In this document: positions 60,654 through 64,000 of the stretch, one piece after another
How positions within the stretch are numbered: the stretch's first letter is position 1
Layout: the number at the start of each line of letters is the position of its first letter
Source of the DNA: an uncultured bacterium
Lineage (GTDB): Bacteria > Patescibacteriota > Patescibacteriia > CAIQCM01
Reading direction: 5' to 3'
Assembly (NCBI GenBank): GCA_963708045.1
Contig: OY970181.1
Location: forward strand, 887,566-951,565
DNA: 64,000 nucleotides
Notes under the pieces: model-generated
Database searches by the model: none
Seen by the model: only the letters and a program-made list of their open reading frames with translations
What the model was told of the DNA's origin: nothing
Made by a program: the position numbers and the translations under genes

Positions 60654-61490
60654 CTAACTTTTAATATATTCGTCCAGCGCCTCTTCCCAATTTCTAAGCT
60701 GAGGCAATTTTGTGTTCAGAAGCATTCCGTAGCGCGGGCGCGGCGCGGCAAGCGGCTCGTCGCGGCGGGCAATGGCGGTGACTTCGGCTTTAAGCCCAGC
60801 CAGTTCAATCGCTTTGGCCGCAAGCTGATACCAAGTCGCGACGCCCGAGTTTACAATATGATAAATGCCGTACGGTTTTTTGTTTTCAACAATTTCACGC
60901 ACCGCCTTGGCCACGTCGGGCGCATACGTTGGCGAGGCGACTTCGTCGTGCACCGCCGATACGCGACCGTCGCCCTGCGCTTTTCTTACGACTTCGTCAA
61001 TAAAACTTTCCTTGGCGTTTTCCGAAGTCCCTGGAAAACCAAAAAGCCGCGAGGTTCTAATGAGATATGTTTTGGTATTGTCTTCAAGCGCAAATTTTTC
61101 TGATCGTTCTTTGGCCTCACCAAAAACCGAAAGCGGTTCGGTTTTTTCCGATTCTTTATTGCCAGCGCTCCCCCGTCCGGAAAAAACATGCTCCGAAGAA
61201 AAGTGCACCAGTGTCATTCCCATAATATCGGCAATGTCCGCGAGCGAAGCAAGGGGCATAGCGTTATTAATCATCGCGCGGTCAGGTTCAGCCTCTGCGG
61301 CATCAATATCGTTCCAGCCAGCCGCGTTTATAATGACGTCAATGTCCGAAGTAAGCGTTTTAGCGATTGACTCGGACGAGGAAATATCAAATTCGTCGCG
61401 GCTAAGCGCCACGACTTCGTGTTTTCCGGTAAATTCATTAACAAGCGCGCTCCCAAGCATTCCTTTTGCGCCTAAGATCACTACTTTCAT
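60654..61490 (-). CDS. rfbD: dTDP-4-dehydrorhamnose reductase (RmlD) / NAD-dependent epimerase family
   Basis: MKVVILGAKGMLGSAL Rossmann start. ...NAAGWNDID...LVHFSSEHVF... RmlD-like. Confidence 0.7.
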   Translation of the reverse strand: MKVVILGAKGMLGSALVNEFTGKHEVVALSRDEFDISSSESIAKTLTSDIDVIINAAGWNDIDAAEAEPDRAMINNAMPLASLADIADIMGMTLVHFSSEHVFSGRGSAGNKESEKTEPLSVFGEAKERSEKFALEDNTKTYLIRTSRLFGFPGTSENAKESFIDEVVRKAQGDGRVSAVHDEVASPTYAPDVAKAVREIVENKKPYGIYHIVNSGVATWYQLAAKAIELAGLKAEVTAIARRDEPLAAPRPRYGMLLNTKLPQLRNWEEALDEYIKS

Positions 61491-61664
61491 AAAAGAAACT
61501 CTAACAAAAATTCCTACTTTAATCAAGAGTTTAAACTAGGGTTTAGGGTTTAGAGGTTAGGGGTTAGTACTTTTCCTATAGACAATGCCAAAAAAATAAA
61601 TGCGGCCTAAAGTCTCGTGACTCCAAGCCGCATATTAAGTGACGTTAGCTAGTCCGTTGACTAG

Positions 61665-62984
61665 CTATTTTGAACAACCTTTGCCAAGCTGTTGACACTG
61701 TGCAAGATCGCGACCAATCGCGCCCACTTCAACATGAACTCTATCCGACTCCTCCAAGAGGCGTAACAGCTTTGCGCGCTTTTCCTCGGACAGCTTGTTC
61801 CACCGTGCAGTGAGACCGCTTGTTGTCTTCATTTTCGCTTCGTACCACCGATGAAAAATCGGCGCAACGAACGCGGTCATAGAAACGCAGAATGCGAAGG
61901 TCGTGAATACCATCCCCATCCTTTTCACAATACCCTTATCCTTCCACTTCCAACGAATCACCGCGACCAGCACAAGTACAAAGGCAATCCCGCCGACATA
62001 GTCCGTCGGAATCCTGCCAAGCCACTCCTCATGCCACCAAATTTCGCCCGGCCTGAACCGCTCAAGCGTAAAGCTTGGGTTAAGAACAAACCAGAGAAAG
62101 TCCCACGACACGCACATTACGAAGTAGATGGCGAGAATCTCCACCTCTTTCGCGAGCGTCCACTTGAGCACACCCCAATAGCGGCCAAAGGCGAACGGCA
62201 GGTGTAGAAGAACAAACGGTAGGACAAACATGAACAAATGGTAACCCGTGAGATCCTTTCCGCTCATAATGAGCGCGTAGACAGTGTTGTGCTCGTGATA
62301 GGTCGGCGCAAGCAAAGCCCAGCCAACCTCGCGTTCAATGCAGATTTCAACCAGAGCGAACAGCAATGCCCAAATGAAGAGCACGCCCGTCTCCAAGCTG
62401 ATCGTCTGCATATCAACAATTGCCGTGAGAATCCAAACAGCGAACGAGAGAATCATGCAGAGCGTGAGCGTATCGCTAGCGCTCCCCGTGGCAACGAAGA
62501 TTGCGGCAAACCCGATCGCGGCAAAGCGCAAAGCAGTAATAAAGGTGTGGTAATATCCGGCGATCGTGATGAATGTTTTTGAATCCTTGCTGATCCAATC
62601 ACAAGTCATACAAGAAAACCCCCAGTCGTAGCGTGCGATCTTGCCCTTATTCACCGATCGCTGAACGCTCTTTACCCACAAGCAAGCGCCAAAGACAGCA
62701 AGCACGAAGACGAGCAGCGAAAACTTTAACGCAGGCGATTCCCACTTTGTTTCTGCGCAAGCTAGAACGACGAAGCCAATGAGCGGCACCATCCCGAACA
62801 CGTCGCCGTACTTATGGACATTAAAGTCCTGCCAGTGCAAAAACGGCCGGTCGCACCACTCCTTGTTTATACGTCTCGGAATCTGCCACCGCGCAATGGA
62901 AAAACGTTGCACGACTTCAAATCCAAGCGGAAAAAGCACGATTCCAATTGCCACAACCAAAACAAACAGCGCATATTGACTCAT
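61665..62984 (-). CDS. hypothetical polytopic membrane protein (GC-rich)
   Basis: Start MSQYALF after AAGGGGGA RBS. About 10 TM segments, Trp/His-rich loops. Confidence 0.4.
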   Translation of the reverse strand: MSQYALFVLVVAIGIVLFPLGFEVVQRFSIARWQIPRRINKEWCDRPFLHWQDFNVHKYGDVFGMVPLIGFVVLACAETKWESPALKFSLLVFVLAVFGACLWVKSVQRSVNKGKIARYDWGFSCMTCDWISKDSKTFITIAGYYHTFITALRFAAIGFAAIFVATGSASDTLTLCMILSFAVWILTAIVDMQTISLETGVLFIWALLFALVEICIEREVGWALLAPTYHEHNTVYALIMSGKDLTGYHLFMFVLPFVLLHLPFAFGRYWGVLKWTLAKEVEILAIYFVMCVSWDFLWFVLNPSFTLERFRPGEIWWHEEWLGRIPTDYVGGIAFVLVLVAVIRWKWKDKGIVKRMGMVFTTFAFCVSMTAFVAPIFHRWYEAKMKTTSGLTARWNKLSEEKRAKLLRLLEESDRVHVEVGAIGRDLAQCQQLGKGCSK

Positions 62985-63063
62985 CACTATCCCCCTTTTT
63001 GAGGTTGTTTCTAATGTAAAAATTGCTAATAATCGGCTAGAATAAGCCGACGATTCTGACCAG

Positions 63064-63092
63064 AACTTAGCATAAAAATGCTGTTTTGTCAA
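63064..63092 (-). promoter_or_regulatory. putative promoter TTGACA-N17-TAAGTT upstream of membrane protein gene
   Basis: Minus-sense cTTGACAaaacagcatttttatgcTAAGTTc. Confidence 0.3.
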
Positions 63093-63314
63093 GACAGGAC
63101 GCGTTTCGCTAAAATTCTATATTTTATCCAACTATGATATTTCTAATTACCGTTGACGGTCTAGTATATAGAGTTGACGAATGGATTATTTTATGCTAAT
63201 AAAACTAGTTATTGTGATTGATCGTGCAAACTTATCATAAATACAATTATGACAATTTTGCAGGGTTTTTCACTGAACACTTTAACCCTGACACAAACGC
63301 ACGGAGGAAATTCA

Positions 63315-63713
63315 ATGGCGACAAAAACGAAAATATTCCACCTAGGAGATGTCTTGAGCGTCATCACCGGATTCATTGTTTCGCCTGAAGGCACGGGCGG
63401 AATGAGGGCAATCCTTGATTTTATGCTCAAACATCGGAACACGGCCGCAGATATTACTTCAAGAACCGCAATTCCGGAATGTGGAGCATTCTTGATCGAA
63501 CAGCTCCCTTTCCTAGACCCATCTAGTCTTCCTTTCGCTGCCGTTGACGATCTGAGAAAGATACGAGAGACTCGTCGCACAAGGCAACGGAACGCAATGA
63601 TTTTGAGGTGGCTCACCAATCTGAACACGGGTCACTATGGGACTACCTATGGCGTAACCTATTGTGTGAAACCACTGCCCCGCAAAACCAAAACACGAAA
63701 CAAGCGCCCATAA
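63315..63713 (+). CDS. hypothetical protein (GC-rich orphan)
   Basis: Start MATKTKIFHLGD after GGAGGA RBS. Basic C-terminus. Confidence 0.3.
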   Translation: MATKTKIFHLGDVLSVITGFIVSPEGTGGMRAILDFMLKHRNTAADITSRTAIPECGAFLIEQLPFLDPSSLPFAAVDDLRKIRETRRTRQRNAMILRWLTNLNTGHYGTTYGVTYCVKPLPRKTKTRNKRP

Positions 63714-63776
63714 GAAATACAACCGCAGCTACCTAATCGCCATACCCCGCCTGGATCGCATCCAAGCGGGGTATTA

Positions 63777-64000
63777 TTAAATAAACAAAATTCCCAAAAC
63801 AATAATTCCTAAAATAATTCGGTACCAGCCAAAGGGCGTAAAGCTTTTTGTTCGGACGTAATTCATAAAAAACTTAATCACCCAGAGTGCCGTCATAAAT
63901 GCGACTACAAAACCAAAGGCTAAAATAACCATCTCGTGACCGCTCAGCGCGGCGTGATGTTTTAAAAATGAATATCCCGTTGCCGCGACCATTGTTGGGA
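63777..64000 (-). CDS. uppP: undecaprenyl-diphosphatase (BacA/UppP), C-terminal fragment, gene continues beyond window
   Basis: ...TKSFTPFGWYRIILGIIVLGILF typical BacA C-terminus. Confidence 0.55.
   Translation of the reverse strand, partial: PTMVAATGYSFLKHHAALSGHEMVILAFGFVVAFMTALWVIKFFMNYVRTKSFTPFGWYRIILGIIVLGILFI

Overview
This is an AT-rich, gene-dense bacterial window, mostly coded on the minus strand. Gene content suggests a reduced genome of the Patescibacteria/CPR type: a four-helix-bundle IVS-family protein, a short ATP synthase delta subunit, and many compact housekeeping operons (inference). The housekeeping backbone includes gltX, mreBCD-mrdA, greA, lysS, serS, alr, ftsQ, the full atpBEFHAGDC operon, a frameshifted secA, hpf, murB-mraY, rpmA, pyrG, ctpA, murA, rfbD and a partial uppP. 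No rRNA, tRNA or CRISPR array was seen. Accessory content: (1) a lexA / small ORF / dinB SOS module colonised by MITE-like hairpin elements, one of which carries a four-helix-bundle gene in its loop. (2) Three paralogous secreted proteins at about 6.3-11.4 kb: an M6-like protease, a catalytically dead paralog, and a beta-helix protein. (3) A defence-island-like stretch at about 22.5-36.3 kb: a UvrD-like helicase fused to a PD-(D/E)XK nuclease, a Type I R-M system, a Pif1-like helicase and a YgjP/DUF45 hydrolase. Inside the R-M system, three extra genes are translationally coupled between hsdM, hsdS and hsdR: a 2-TM protein, a RelE-fold/octapeptide-repeat/WG-like protein, and a DUF3800 protein. 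I consider this embedded module the best candidate for an undescribed system. (4) A GC-rich island at about 49.4-51.1 kb carries a retron-type reverse transcriptase with NAxxH, YVDD and VTG motifs and about 500 nt of structured non-coding DNA upstream. (5) Several other GC-rich orphan genes on the plus strand. (6) A conspicuous set of intergenic imperfect palindromes built from heptamer units.
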